Assembly: GCA_044376575.1 (NCBI GenBank)
Contig: JBILKR010000011.1
Span: 4,701-68,700 of the forward strand
DNA from: Flavobacteriales bacterium
Lineage (GTDB): Bacteria > Bacteroidota > Bacteroidia > CAIKAF01
DNA: 64,000 nucleotides
Reading direction: 5' to 3'
Below, one piece after another: positions 7,825-17,603 of the stretch. Each line of letters begins with the position of its first letter. Position 1 is the first letter of the stretch. A model generated the notes under the pieces. That model did no database searches. It saw nothing but the letters and a program-made list of their open reading frames with translations, and was not told where the DNA came from. A program made the translations under genes and the position numbers.

Positions 7825-7969
7825 TTTAGTAGCGTTGTTATATTGTTAATATAATATTATATATAATGATATGTTGATAAAAAAAAGAGATGATGTTTCC
7901 CTTTGTTTTCGGTGACTTTAAAAGTCAGGAGCAAATATTAATATAAAAAAGAGTAAAAAAAAATTTAAT

Positions 7970-8902
7970 TCATATTGTTTTTCTGAAAATTTTGTACAAG
8001 TCGTTTTGAGTTGATATAAAATCATTTTTTTGATTAAAAAAATAATCTAATCTTCCCATGTAGATTCCGGCCCATCCTACCTGATTCACTAGCACTTCAG
8101 CACCTGCCTTGTTCTTTATACTTACCGGCTTATTCAGGAAAGTATGTGTATGCCCGCCAATAATGAGGTCTATATTTTCAGAAGATGCGGCCAAAATTTT
8201 ATCCGAAATTTTTGCAGTGGCATACTCGAATCCCAGATGTGATAAGCAAATCACGAGATTACAATGCAATTCTTTTTTTAAAACTTTAGCAATTTTATTT
8301 GCTTTTTCAATTGGATCCTGATATTGCATTTCTCCTGTGAGTCGCTTGTCAACCAAGCCATCCAGTTCAACTCCAACACCGAGAATTCCAATTTTTAATC
8401 CATCAATTTTTTTAATAATATAAGGCTCAACATTTTTGTGTAGGGCGGTGTTTCGGACATCATAATTACAATTAACAAATGGAAAAGAGGCGTGAGGAAG
8501 TTGTTTCACCAATCCTTCAATTCCATTATCAAAATCATGATTTCCAAAAGTTGCTGCATCATATTGCATTTTGCTCATCAATTTGAACTCCAGTTCTCCT
8601 CCGTAAAAATTAAAATAAGGTGTGCCTTGAAAAATATCGCCGGCATCCAGTAACAATACATTTTTCTCTTCACTTCTGATTTTCTGAATCAATGCTGCTC
8701 TTTTTGCAAATCCACCTTCTCCAGGATGTTTGGGATCATTAAGAGGAAAAGGTTCGATATGGCTGTGCACATCATTGGTATGAAGTATAACCAGTTTTTT
8801 TATTTCATCATGTTGAAACAGCGTTGATGAAAAAGCCTGTTTATGCAACAGTCCAACCCCTGATGCTAACCCTGCATATTGTATGAATTTTCTTCGTTTC
8901 AT
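7970..8902 (-). CDS. Metallophosphoesterase (5'-nucleotidase / UDP-sugar hydrolase N-terminal catalytic domain) with a twin-arginine signal
   Basis: MKRRKFIQYAGLASGVGLL (RRxFxK Tat motif). Metallophosphatase motifs are ILHTNDVHS (D-x-H), GDIFQG (GD), GNHDFD (GNHE-like) and GGHTHT. Confidence 0.75.
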   Translation of the reverse strand: MKRRKFIQYAGLASGVGLLHKQAFSSTLFQHDEIKKLVILHTNDVHSHIEPFPLNDPKHPGEGGFAKRAALIQKIRSEEKNVLLLDAGDIFQGTPYFNFYGGELEFKLMSKMQYDAATFGNHDFDNGIEGLVKQLPHASFPFVNCNYDVRNTALHKNVEPYIIKKIDGLKIGILGVGVELDGLVDKRLTGEMQYQDPIEKANKIAKVLKKELHCNLVICLSHLGFEYATAKISDKILAASSENIDLIIGGHTHTFLNKPVSIKNKAGAEVLVNQVGWAGIYMGRLDYFFNQKNDFISTQNDLYKIFRKTI

Positions 8903-9648
8903 GGTTCAATCACGATGCGTTTATCAAGTTCGGAATGAATATTCTTTTTCTTTTTTATATAATCAATAATCGCATCTCTCATTTTGATTTGTAAAGGATG
9001 CTTTTGTGTTGCCTTTAAAAAAAAACTCATCTGATCTCCGCCATTGGCAAGATAATCAGATGTGAGAATAGTATATGTTGCTTTAGATTTAAAAATTTCT
9101 CCCTCCTGAAATGTTATTTTTCCTGAGCGTGTATGATAAATTTTAAAACCTGAAAATGGCTGAGATCCAACTGAAATTAAATGTTTTATCATCTCATGAA
9201 TTACATTTGAATCAACATGTAATAAAACTAGTTCATTTTCAAATGGCATCAACTCAAAAATATTTCTGGTAGTGATTGCTCCTTTTGGTAAGGATGAACG
9301 TAATCCACCAATATTTAAAAATACAGCATCCGGAACTACTCCTGTTTTTTCTTTTCCAACTTCACGCAATAAATCCGATACAAAATTACCAAGCACGGTT
9401 TCAGGCAATCCTTTTACCTTAGGCATATCAATATCACTAAATCCAATTACTTCATTCATTGTTTCATCTAAGTTTTGTTTATATGGAGCAACAATCGAAT
9501 CGTACGCTTTTTCAGATGAAAAAGACGATACAGCCACTAACTTGTATTCGCTATTGGTGACATGGTAATTGCCGGCACATGAAAAAATGAAAATAATACA
9601 TACTGAAATCCAGGTAAGGTGCTTCATATATCTAATATAGTCATTCAT
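8899..9648 (-). CDS. 5'-nucleotidase C-terminal (substrate-binding) domain protein
   Basis: 249-aa secreted protein with a 4-bp overlap to the downstream metallophosphatase gene. The domain order matches a split UshA-like enzyme. Assignment rests on context and weak similarity. Confidence 0.55.
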   Translation of the reverse strand: MNDYIRYMKHLTWISVCIIFIFSCAGNYHVTNSEYKLVAVSSFSSEKAYDSIVAPYKQNLDETMNEVIGFSDIDMPKVKGLPETVLGNFVSDLLREVGKEKTGVVPDAVFLNIGGLRSSLPKGAITTRNIFELMPFENELVLLHVDSNVIHEMIKHLISVGSQPFSGFKIYHTRSGKITFQEGEIFKSKATYTILTSDYLANGGDQMSFFLKATQKHPLQIKMRDAIIDYIKKKKNIHSELDKRIVIEP

Positions 9649-9657
9649 TTAGTTTAT

Positions 9658-10128
9658 TTATCTGATACGATCAATAGATTTTACCAATTCATCATCTTTT
9701 TTAATTTGTTTTATGGCTAAATAAATCCATACCATTGAAACAACTGGAAAAATTAAACTAAGAGGCTTTGTCTTTTGAATCATTTCAGCCATTTCAATAG
9801 GAAAAGATGATAATAACCAGCTAATCGCAAGAATTATGATAACTGGCTGAAATGCCATGATCAGTTTACATAATTTTATTTGTTTCATTCTATTATGATA
9901 TGAAAACATGGCAATTGTCATTGAGAAAATAGAAAGAATCAAAGGAATAAGTATCCAAAAAGAAGAAATATTTTTTTGTATTTGACCATTGGCAGTTTCT
10001 TTTATAATACAAGCCGTGATAGTATAATTTATCTCTTGTATAGAAAATGAAAAGAGCGGAATAAACATCATTAATGCGTTGCATAAAATTGCGATCAGGA
10101 GATAAATGGTTTGAATTCGTTGTAGCAT
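9658..10128 (-). CDS. Small integral membrane protein (4 TM), hypothetical. Start trimmed to MLQRIQ.
   Basis: Hydrophobic segments, located upstream of rho. Possibly DUF4293-like; I cannot confirm this. Confidence 0.4.
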   Translation of the reverse strand: MLQRIQTIYLLIAILCNALMMFIPLFSFSIQEINYTITACIIKETANGQIQKNISSFWILIPLILSIFSMTIAMFSYHNRMKQIKLCKLIMAFQPVIIILAISWLLSSFPIEMAEMIQKTKPLSLIFPVVSMVWIYLAIKQIKKDDELVKSIDRIR

Positions 10129-10343
10129 AGTATTTTTTTTACAAGTATATCTTTTTTCATTTAAAGTATGATGAGAAAAATAAAGGTTCTTAAATTTTAT
10201 AAAAAAAATGATGTTGTAGTTTGGTAATTCCATTAAATTCGTAATATTGCCTTGATTTTAGTTCTGTCAATTCATTCCCGTGTCGGGAAATTCTCATAAA
10301 ACCTTATTCAAAAAAATTAAGTTTAACACATTAATATTTATTC

Positions 10344-11930
10344 ATGCACGACATTTCGACATTGAAAGAAAAACTTTTACCCGAATTGAAAGAAATTGCA
10401 AAGGCACTTGGAATACCAAAGTATCACTTCATGAAAAAAGAAGAACTGATACAGCGTATTATTGAAGTTGGAGCAGGTGAAGATAAATCATCTGTATCGT
10501 CAGTAAATAATGACGAATTAAGTGATATTGATAATAAACATAAAAGAAAAAGAACACGCATTGATTCTGATCATAAAACATTGTTTGAAGAAGAAAAAAC
10601 AAATATTGAATCAGCACCTGTTCAATCAGAAAAACGAGTAACTCCTATTGAATCTGAAATTGTACCCGAACAACAAAAACATGTTGAAATCATAAAAGAA
10701 GAAGCTCCTGCAGAAGTAATTGCTGAAAAGACTGAAGAAATTCAACCAGTACAGTCTCAATTAACGACAACTGGGGGAAATTACCGCAAGTTTAATGACT
10801 ATTTTAGTTTTGAAGGTGTTGTTGAAAGTGAGGGCGTGTTGGAAATTATGCCTGATGGTTATGGATTTATGAGAAGTTCGGATTATAATTATCTCAGCTC
10901 TCCGGATGATGTATATGTATCACAATCGCAAATTAAATTATTTGGTTTAAAGACCGGTGATACCATCGTTGGAACCATACGTACACCGAAAGAAGGAGAA
11001 AAATATTTTCCATTAATTAAAATTGTACAGATTAACGGACTTACTACTGAGCAAATTCGTGATCGTGTACCTTTTGATTATTTGACACCTTTATTTCCTC
11101 ATGAAAAAATAAATCTTGTGGGCAAGGCTCCGAAGCAATCTATGTCGTTGCGTATTATGGATTTATTTACTCCGATAGGAAAAGGACAACGTGGATTGAT
11201 TGTAGCGCAACCTAAAACCGGAAAGACTGTATTGCTTAAAGATGTAGCCAATGCCATTGCTGCCAATCATCCTGAAATTTATTTGATTATATTATTAGTT
11301 GATGAACGTCCGGAAGAGGTAACAGATATGGCTCGTAGCGTAAATGCTGAAGTGATTGCTTCGACCTTCGATGAGCCTGCTGAACGTCACGTTAAAATTG
11401 CAAATCTGGTGCTTGAAAAAGCAAAGCGATTAACAGAATGTGGTCATGATGTGGTGATACTTTTAGATTCGATTACACGTTTAGCTCGTGCATACAATAC
11501 TGTAGCACCTGGATCTGGTAAAGTATTAACAGGTGGTGTAGATTCCAATGCACTTCAAAAACCAAAAAAATTCTTTGGTGCGGCTCGTAAAATTGAAGAT
11601 GGCGGATCGTTGACCATTCTTGCTACAGCATTGATTGATACCGGATCAAAAATGGATGAAGTAATTTTTGAAGAGTTTAAAGGTACGGGTAACATGGAGT
11701 TACAGCTCGATCGTAAACTTGCCAATAAGCGTATTTATCCTGCCATCGATATCAACTCGTCAAGTACACGTAGAGATGATTTGTTAGTGAGCAAAGAAAA
11801 CATTAACAGGATGTATGTATTGCGCAATCACCTTGCAGATATGAATACAGTTGAAGCCATGGAGTTTTTAATGGACAGGATACGCTTTACTCAAAATAAT
11901 GAAGAGTTTCTGATCTCGATGAACGGATAA
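10344..11930 (+). CDS. rho: Transcription termination factor Rho with the Bacteroidetes-type acidic/lysine-rich N-terminal insertion
   Basis: N-terminal Rho_N ([18 protein letters not shown]), a cold-shock-domain-like RNA-binding region, ATPase Walker A GKTVLL, and C-terminal motifs. Confidence 0.95.
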   Translation: MHDISTLKEKLLPELKEIAKALGIPKYHFMKKEELIQRIIEVGAGEDKSSVSSVNNDELSDIDNKHKRKRTRIDSDHKTLFEEEKTNIESAPVQSEKRVTPIESEIVPEQQKHVEIIKEEAPAEVIAEKTEEIQPVQSQLTTTGGNYRKFNDYFSFEGVVESEGVLEIMPDGYGFMRSSDYNYLSSPDDVYVSQSQIKLFGLKTGDTIVGTIRTPKEGEKYFPLIKIVQINGLTTEQIRDRVPFDYLTPLFPHEKINLVGKAPKQSMSLRIMDLFTPIGKGQRGLIVAQPKTGKTVLLKDVANAIAANHPEIYLIILLVDERPEEVTDMARSVNAEVIASTFDEPAERHVKIANLVLEKAKRLTECGHDVVILLDSITRLARAYNTVAPGSGKVLTGGVDSNALQKPKKFFGAARKIEDGGSLTILATALIDTGSKMDEVIFEEFKGTGNMELQLDRKLANKRIYPAIDINSSSTRRDDLLVSKENINRMYVLRNHLADMNTVEAMEFLMDRIRFTQNNEEFLISMNG

Positions 11931-11932
11931 TT

Positions 11933-12427
11933 ATGAATGCAGTTAAAACGGGAATTGTTGCCGCTTTACTTTTTTTTGTTTTTAAACTAATACTTTTTTT
12001 TAGTAATCTGCAACATAAAATATTAGCTGATTTTCCTATTGCTCCGCTTTTAATTACAACTTTTATTGGTATCGTTTACATCATTTTGAAATTTAGAAAT
12101 TCCGGAAGATTTGATGTGGCAGGTGCATTTAAAGAGGGTGGAAAAGTAGCGTTGGTTTCTGCTTTACTTTCTTCTTTTCTTGTTTATTTCTATTACACAG
12201 GTATTGATCCCGATTTTCTGGAAATACTTAAAATTGAAAAGTTGAAACTGGCCTCAACCCTTACCGATACAAAAGCGTTGGAAAATTATAAAAAAGCCAC
12301 GGAGTTTTTTAATTCAGCCTCTACACGATCGTTGTTTACCCTTTCGGGAATGACTGTTTTCGGATTAATAAGTTCATTAATTATTGCATTGCTTACGAAC
12401 GCAATGCTGGTGAATAAATCACGCTAA
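11933..12427 (+). CDS. Membrane protein, hypothetical (DUF4199-like)
   Basis: 164 aa with 4 predicted TM segments. The stop of rho and its start are 3 nt apart. Confidence 0.4.
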   Translation: MNAVKTGIVAALLFFVFKLILFFSNLQHKILADFPIAPLLITTFIGIVYIILKFRNSGRFDVAGAFKEGGKVALVSALLSSFLVYFYYTGIDPDFLEILKIEKLKLASTLTDTKALENYKKATEFFNSASTRSLFTLSGMTVFGLISSLIIALLTNAMLVNKSR

Positions 12428-13504
12428 TTATTTTTTCTTGATAACATCTATAAACACCGGAAGGTGATCTGAATATCCACCCAGGTATTTGGGACCGCCG
12501 TAAGTTCTGAATGGCATCTTGCCCATAAATTTCTCATCATCTTCGAGTAACCAAGGCGCGTCAAAAATTGATGATTGATTATCCTGTATCATCACCCCTT
12601 TTTTTCTTGTTACCATCGGCGAAGAGACAATCATTTGGTCGAGCACTGCCCAGTGTTCTTTATACTTTTCTGTTCCAATTCCTTTGGCAAAAAACGGATA
12701 AGAGGTGTTATACAAATCTTTTCCCTTCAAGCTATCCAGATGATTGATGGCTCCTAATCCTACCATCAAACTTTTATCACCGGGCTCATCGTTGAAGTCG
12801 CCGGTGATGATAATGTTGGCTTCAGGATCCATACGATAAATTGAATCCACACAATGTTTTATTTTTTCTGCCACGAACATTCTTCTGGGTTCTGAGGCAG
12901 CAGCTCCTCCCAGCTTCGAAGGCCAGTGATTGATGAAAACATGTAAAGTATCTTTTTTGAAGATGATGCCTTTTACATACAATACATCTCTTGTTTTTAC
13001 GGAAGGATCAAAAGGAAAAACAATACGGATGGCTTCGTGCTTAATGGGTCTGAATTTTTCAGGTCTGTAAATTAATCCTACATCTACACCTCGATTATCC
13101 GGAGAATCTTCATGAACTATACTATATCCTGCTTTTACTAATGGGGTTTTGGTGATGAGTTCATTGAGTACGTATCGGTTTTCAATTTCGCAAAATCCGA
13201 CGATGGCCGGTAAATCCCAACCACCAAGTGCAGTCAGTGTTTTGTATATATGATCCAGTTTCTCCAGGTAACGAGAGAAGGTCCAACCTTTAACACCTGT
13301 AGGCAAAAAATCTTCATCGTTCTTTAATGTGTCATTGAAAGTGTCAAAGAGATTTTCCACATTGTAAAAAGCTACCCTTAGTGCCTGTTCATTCTTTTTT
13401 TCAAATCCTTTTAATTTTTCATTTCCTGATGTTGTTATTGTATCCTGAGCAAATACAATGGATACAAACATTACTATGAAGCCAACGAGAATTATTTTTT
13501 TCAT
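12428..13504 (-). CDS. Secreted endonuclease/exonuclease/phosphatase (EEP) family protein
   Basis: Signal peptide. EEP-fold motifs FYNVENLFD, GFCEIEN and C-terminal SDHLPVF. Confidence 0.6.
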   Translation of the reverse strand: MKKIILVGFIVMFVSIVFAQDTITTSGNEKLKGFEKKNEQALRVAFYNVENLFDTFNDTLKNDEDFLPTGVKGWTFSRYLEKLDHIYKTLTALGGWDLPAIVGFCEIENRYVLNELITKTPLVKAGYSIVHEDSPDNRGVDVGLIYRPEKFRPIKHEAIRIVFPFDPSVKTRDVLYVKGIIFKKDTLHVFINHWPSKLGGAAASEPRRMFVAEKIKHCVDSIYRMDPEANIIITGDFNDEPGDKSLMVGLGAINHLDSLKGKDLYNTSYPFFAKGIGTEKYKEHWAVLDQMIVSSPMVTRKKGVMIQDNQSSIFDAPWLLEDDEKFMGKMPFRTYGGPKYLGGYSDHLPVFIDVIKKK

Positions 13505-13545
13505 GTGTTTATTTAATACATTACAAAGTTGAAAATAAATCGGAA

Positions 13546-14709
13546 TTAATCTTCAGAAGGATTATTTTGTTTACTTACTTTTTTTGATCCTTCATACAAC
13601 TCAATCAGATAAAATTTACATTCCAAGGGACCGTTCATGATCGGGATTCGTCTGCTGGTTTTGAGTCCCAGCATTTTCATGGCCTCTTCATTATTAGTGA
13701 TCATCCATGCGCGTGAACCGGCAAAGTATTTTTTTAACGTATCACCCATTTGTTTGTATAGCGTATTCATATCGTCGGTTTGTAATCGTTCCCCATAAGG
13801 TGGATTACAAACGATATGATAGCCGTGATGCGGTTCATCAATTTTTGTGAAATCTTTTTTCTCAACAGTCACGTACTCTTCAAGCAAAGCCATCACAAGG
13901 TTTTGCTGAGTAGCACGAACCATGCTGAACGCTTTATCATAGCCTTTGATTTCTGTTTTTTTCTCTTTAATAATTTTTGCGTTGGCTTCATCCCTGATCT
14001 GCTCCCAGCATACTTTATCAAAATCTTTCCATCTCATCAACCCCCATTTTTTACGGTAATATCCGGAAGGAATCTGATATAACTTCATCGCGGCTTCAAT
14101 GAGTAATGTTCCTGAACCGCACATGGGATCAAGAAAGGGTTGTTGCATGTCCCATCCTGAAATGGCAATTAATCCTGCTGCCAATACTTCATTCAGCGGA
14201 GCTTCTCCTTTCATTTGTCTATAACCTCTGATATGAAGTGAATCGGACGAAGAATCCAGTGAAATGGAAACACGATTGTGTTGAATAAATACGTTGAAAT
14301 GTACATCCGGATCATCAACTTCTACATTGGGTCGCTGATGAAATTTTTCACGGAATGCATCTACCATTGCATCTTTTACTTTTAAAGAAACATAATGAGA
14401 ATGACTGAAGTATTTGCTGTTTACCGTGCCATCTATGCGAAAAGTTTGACGTAAATCCAGGTAATTTTCCCAGGCTAATTTTTTTGCATTATCATACAAT
14501 TCTTTTTCGTTGGTCGCATAAAATGAAAAAATGGGAACGAGTATTTTTAATGCTGTTCTTAGTTCGTAGTTAGAACGGTATAAAACTTTCTGATCGCCTT
14601 CGTATTCAACACCCCGACGAACCACCTGGATGTTTGTGCCGCCAATATTTTTTATTTCTTCTGCCAGTATGTCTTCAAGTCCGGCTATGGTTTTTGCAAA
14701 TAGTTTCAT
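13546..14709 (-). CDS. THUMP-domain class I SAM-dependent RNA methyltransferase (RlmL/RlmK-like N2-G methyltransferase)
   Basis: SAM-binding motif DPMCGSGTLLIEAA and catalytic motif NPPYGERL. N-terminal THUMP-like region. Confidence 0.7.
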   Translation of the reverse strand: MKLFAKTIAGLEDILAEEIKNIGGTNIQVVRRGVEYEGDQKVLYRSNYELRTALKILVPIFSFYATNEKELYDNAKKLAWENYLDLRQTFRIDGTVNSKYFSHSHYVSLKVKDAMVDAFREKFHQRPNVEVDDPDVHFNVFIQHNRVSISLDSSSDSLHIRGYRQMKGEAPLNEVLAAGLIAISGWDMQQPFLDPMCGSGTLLIEAAMKLYQIPSGYYRKKWGLMRWKDFDKVCWEQIRDEANAKIIKEKKTEIKGYDKAFSMVRATQQNLVMALLEEYVTVEKKDFTKIDEPHHGYHIVCNPPYGERLQTDDMNTLYKQMGDTLKKYFAGSRAWMITNNEEAMKMLGLKTSRRIPIMNGPLECKFYLIELYEGSKKVSKQNNPSED

Positions 14710-16241
14710 TTTGTTAGAAAATTTGTTTTCACTATGTCAGGATTAATCCAATAGGCTTTCACAGTCCATTTGCCCACCTTCCATTGTTGGGTAGAGTCAC
14801 TGATTGATAAAAGATCAATACCATCAGCGGTAAAGGCACCATCAGATTCTTCTTCTTTTAATTCACTGAAAATGATGCGAGGATTCAACGTTTGTAAAAT
14901 GTTGCGATCGTTCAAAAAGTTCTTCCATACGGGTATGGCCTGTGCTTTTGTTCCCCAGGTTAGTCCGGGCGACCATGCACCAACTACGGTTTGATTGTTG
15001 AGTTCAGCTTGTTCAAAATAGTGATGAATGGTTGATAATGTAAATGATCGTTCTTTCCACATGCGTAAATACGTGATGCCGTTGTTGTAGGTTAGCATTA
15101 AGAGCATCAGTAATACCATATAAAATATCCATCTTTTTAAAGGCTTTTTTTCCTGAAAAGAATGCCAGGTAATGTTTAGTATTTCTACTCCAACCACAGC
15201 AATCAATAAACCCATGGCTGCCATAGAACTAACAAGGTATCGGCCCGGAACATGATGAATAAATATTTTATGAATTTCAATGCAATTCCAGATGAATACC
15301 GGAATGAAAAAAAGTAAAAATGATTTGTTTTTGTGTTTGAAAAACAAGAGAGAAATACTTAAAATAAAACTGGTAATCCATGTGTAAAAATAGATACGAC
15401 TTTCTGTTTCCAGAAAATGAATTTTAGTGTTATATATAATTACGTCATCTTGAAATTCCCATGCAGGGAAGCGATCTGTAGTTTGATTGCCGATTAAAAA
15501 ATCCCAGGCTTCCTGTGTGGGGAAATACCAGCAGACAAGATAAATTATTAATGTAATCATTATTGCGAGCACCTGCCATCCCATCCATTTCCATTTATCT
15601 TTTGTCATAGATGTATCTATAAAAATTAGATAGATCAACGTAGAAAATGGTAAAAGAAAAACAATGTATGCAAACTGAATTTTCATCCACCATGCACAGG
15701 CAGAAATCAGCGTACTGATACCGATAAGCAATGTTTTTTTTCGTGAATCATTTTCCTGCATGGCTTTCATCCAAAGCACGATAGAAAGAAGTATGCATGC
15801 TATGGCCGGAAATTCAGCCATACTAAAGTGCATGTATTGAAATAAATGATATTCGAGCAATCCGACAAAGAGAAATCCAATCCAGTATTTTTGTTCTCCT
15901 GACCATTTAATTGATAATCCCAACAGAAGTAAACAAAAAATAAGTACTGTTAGTCTTGCAGTTAACCAATGCGTACCGAAGAGATAGAGGAAAGGAGCAA
16001 GTAAAACATTAAACAACGGATTTTTAATCAGGTTGTCACATTCCCAAGTGTTCAAGTCGTACCCATTAATGAAGTTGCGGATCTGGCTGGTATTTAGCCC
16101 TTCATCGCTGAAGGCATCTCTGCTCGGAGAAATGAGTAAATCGGGATCTGCTTGTAAAAACGGAACCTGTATAATTAAAAGTACACAAGGTAAAATCCAC
16201 CAGATTTTTTGACTGAAGCTATGTAGCCATGAAGGAATCAC
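14706..16241 (-). CDS. Polytopic membrane protein, GT-C fold glycosyltransferase-like (GT39/GT83 PMT/ArnT-like)
   Basis: 511 aa, at least 10 TM segments. The N-terminal periplasmic loop has a D/E-rich motif. Overlaps the downstream methyltransferase gene by 4 bp. Confidence 0.4.
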   Translation of the reverse strand: MIPSWLHSFSQKIWWILPCVLLIIQVPFLQADPDLLISPSRDAFSDEGLNTSQIRNFINGYDLNTWECDNLIKNPLFNVLLAPFLYLFGTHWLTARLTVLIFCLLLLGLSIKWSGEQKYWIGFLFVGLLEYHLFQYMHFSMAEFPAIACILLSIVLWMKAMQENDSRKKTLLIGISTLISACAWWMKIQFAYIVFLLPFSTLIYLIFIDTSMTKDKWKWMGWQVLAIMITLIIYLVCWYFPTQEAWDFLIGNQTTDRFPAWEFQDDVIIYNTKIHFLETESRIYFYTWITSFILSISLLFFKHKNKSFLLFFIPVFIWNCIEIHKIFIHHVPGRYLVSSMAAMGLLIAVVGVEILNITWHSFQEKKPLKRWIFYMVLLMLLMLTYNNGITYLRMWKERSFTLSTIHHYFEQAELNNQTVVGAWSPGLTWGTKAQAIPVWKNFLNDRNILQTLNPRIIFSELKEEESDGAFTADGIDLLSISDSTQQWKVGKWTVKAYWINPDIVKTNFLTK

Positions 16242-16244
16242 TGT

Positions 16245-17477
16245 TTATGCGTGAAATGATTCAATACTTTCTTTAATGATTTGAATGCATTCCTGCATTT
16301 GCTCTTCATTAATCACCAACGGTGGAGCCAAACGGATGATGTTACCATGGGTGGGTTTTGCGAGTAAGCCACGCTTTTTAAATGCATAACACAGATCATA
16401 AGCACTTACACCTTTGCTTTCATCAATCACAATGGCATTTAATAATCCTTTACCCCTGATTTTTTCAATGATGGGTGAGTTGATTGCTTCCAATGCTTTG
16501 CGTAAAGTTTCACCCATTACCATTGCATTGTTAGCCATGTTTTCATCTTCTAGTACTTGCAATGCTTCCATGGCTACAGCACAGGCGAGTGGATTTCCAC
16601 CATAGGTACTTCCATGTTCTCCGGGTTGAATGGTAAGCATAACTTCATTACTGGATAAAACCGCAGATACCGGCAATACTCCACCTGAAAGGGCTTTGCC
16701 GAGGATCAGCACATCAGGTTTTACGTTTTCCCAGTCGCAGGCAAGTTTTTTACCTGTACGGCATAAACCTGTTTGCACTTCATCGGCAATCATTAATACA
16801 TTGTACTTGGTACAAAGTTCACGTATACCTTTCAGGTAGCCTTCATCCGGAACCACAACGCCTGCTTCACCCTGAATGGGTTCAAACATGAATCCGGCAA
16901 TGTGTGGATCGTTTTTAAATTTTTCTTCCAGGGCGGATAAATTGTTGTAAGGTATAATTTCAAAGCCGGGAACATACGGCCCGAATCCTTCAAAACTGCT
17001 TGGATCCGTGGATGAAGAAATGGCAGCGATGGTTCGTCCCCAGAAATTTCCCTCTACAAAAATAATTTTTGCCTGATGTGCAGGAATTTTTTTTACTTCA
17101 TACCCCCAGCGGCGAGTCAGCTTGATGGCGGTTTCACCACCTTCAACACCAGTATTCATAGGTAATACACGATCGTATCCAAAATATTCAGTGATGTATT
17201 TTTCATACAATCCCAATTTGTTATTGTAAAATGCACGCGATGTCAGTGTCACTTTTTCTGCCTGGTCTTTCAATGCCTGAATAATACGTGGATGGCAATG
17301 TCCTTGATTTACGGCAGAATAGGCTGATAAAAAATCGTAATAGCGATGCCCTTCCGGATCCCAAACATATACGCCTTTCGCTTCTGCTACTACTACTTTT
17401 ATAGGAGCATAATTTTTTGCGCCATACTTGTCTTCCAGTTCCATGGCTTCCGTCGAACCCACCTGTTGATGTATCAT
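16245..17477 (-). CDS. rocD: Ornithine--oxo-acid aminotransferase
   Basis: Class-III aminotransferase: PLP-Lys region [13 protein letters not shown] and N-terminal [30 protein letters not shown]. Confidence 0.85.
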   Translation of the reverse strand: MIHQQVGSTEAMELEDKYGAKNYAPIKVVVAEAKGVYVWDPEGHRYYDFLSAYSAVNQGHCHPRIIQALKDQAEKVTLTSRAFYNNKLGLYEKYITEYFGYDRVLPMNTGVEGGETAIKLTRRWGYEVKKIPAHQAKIIFVEGNFWGRTIAAISSSTDPSSFEGFGPYVPGFEIIPYNNLSALEEKFKNDPHIAGFMFEPIQGEAGVVVPDEGYLKGIRELCTKYNVLMIADEVQTGLCRTGKKLACDWENVKPDVLILGKALSGGVLPVSAVLSSNEVMLTIQPGEHGSTYGGNPLACAVAMEALQVLEDENMANNAMVMGETLRKALEAINSPIIEKIRGKGLLNAIVIDESKGVSAYDLCYAFKKRGLLAKPTHGNIIRLAPPLVINEEQMQECIQIIKESIESFHA

Positions 17478-17603
17478 AACCTTAATTTTTAACCTTTTAC
17501 AAAGCTACATTTTTTGAGCGAAAGGAGCGTATATTTTATTTTCTGTTCTTGATGGTTGAATCTCAACTACAACTTGATCAAAGGTATTTCGTAAGTTTGT
17601 TGC

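Noticed and set aside
7970-9648. The two-ORF 5'-nucleotidase as a frameshifted pseudogene.
   Set aside because: The 4-bp ATGA overlap with an in-frame start for the second ORF is the usual coupled-gene arrangement. Each part corresponds to a complete domain. I cannot exclude a pseudogene without comparative data, so I kept both as CDS.
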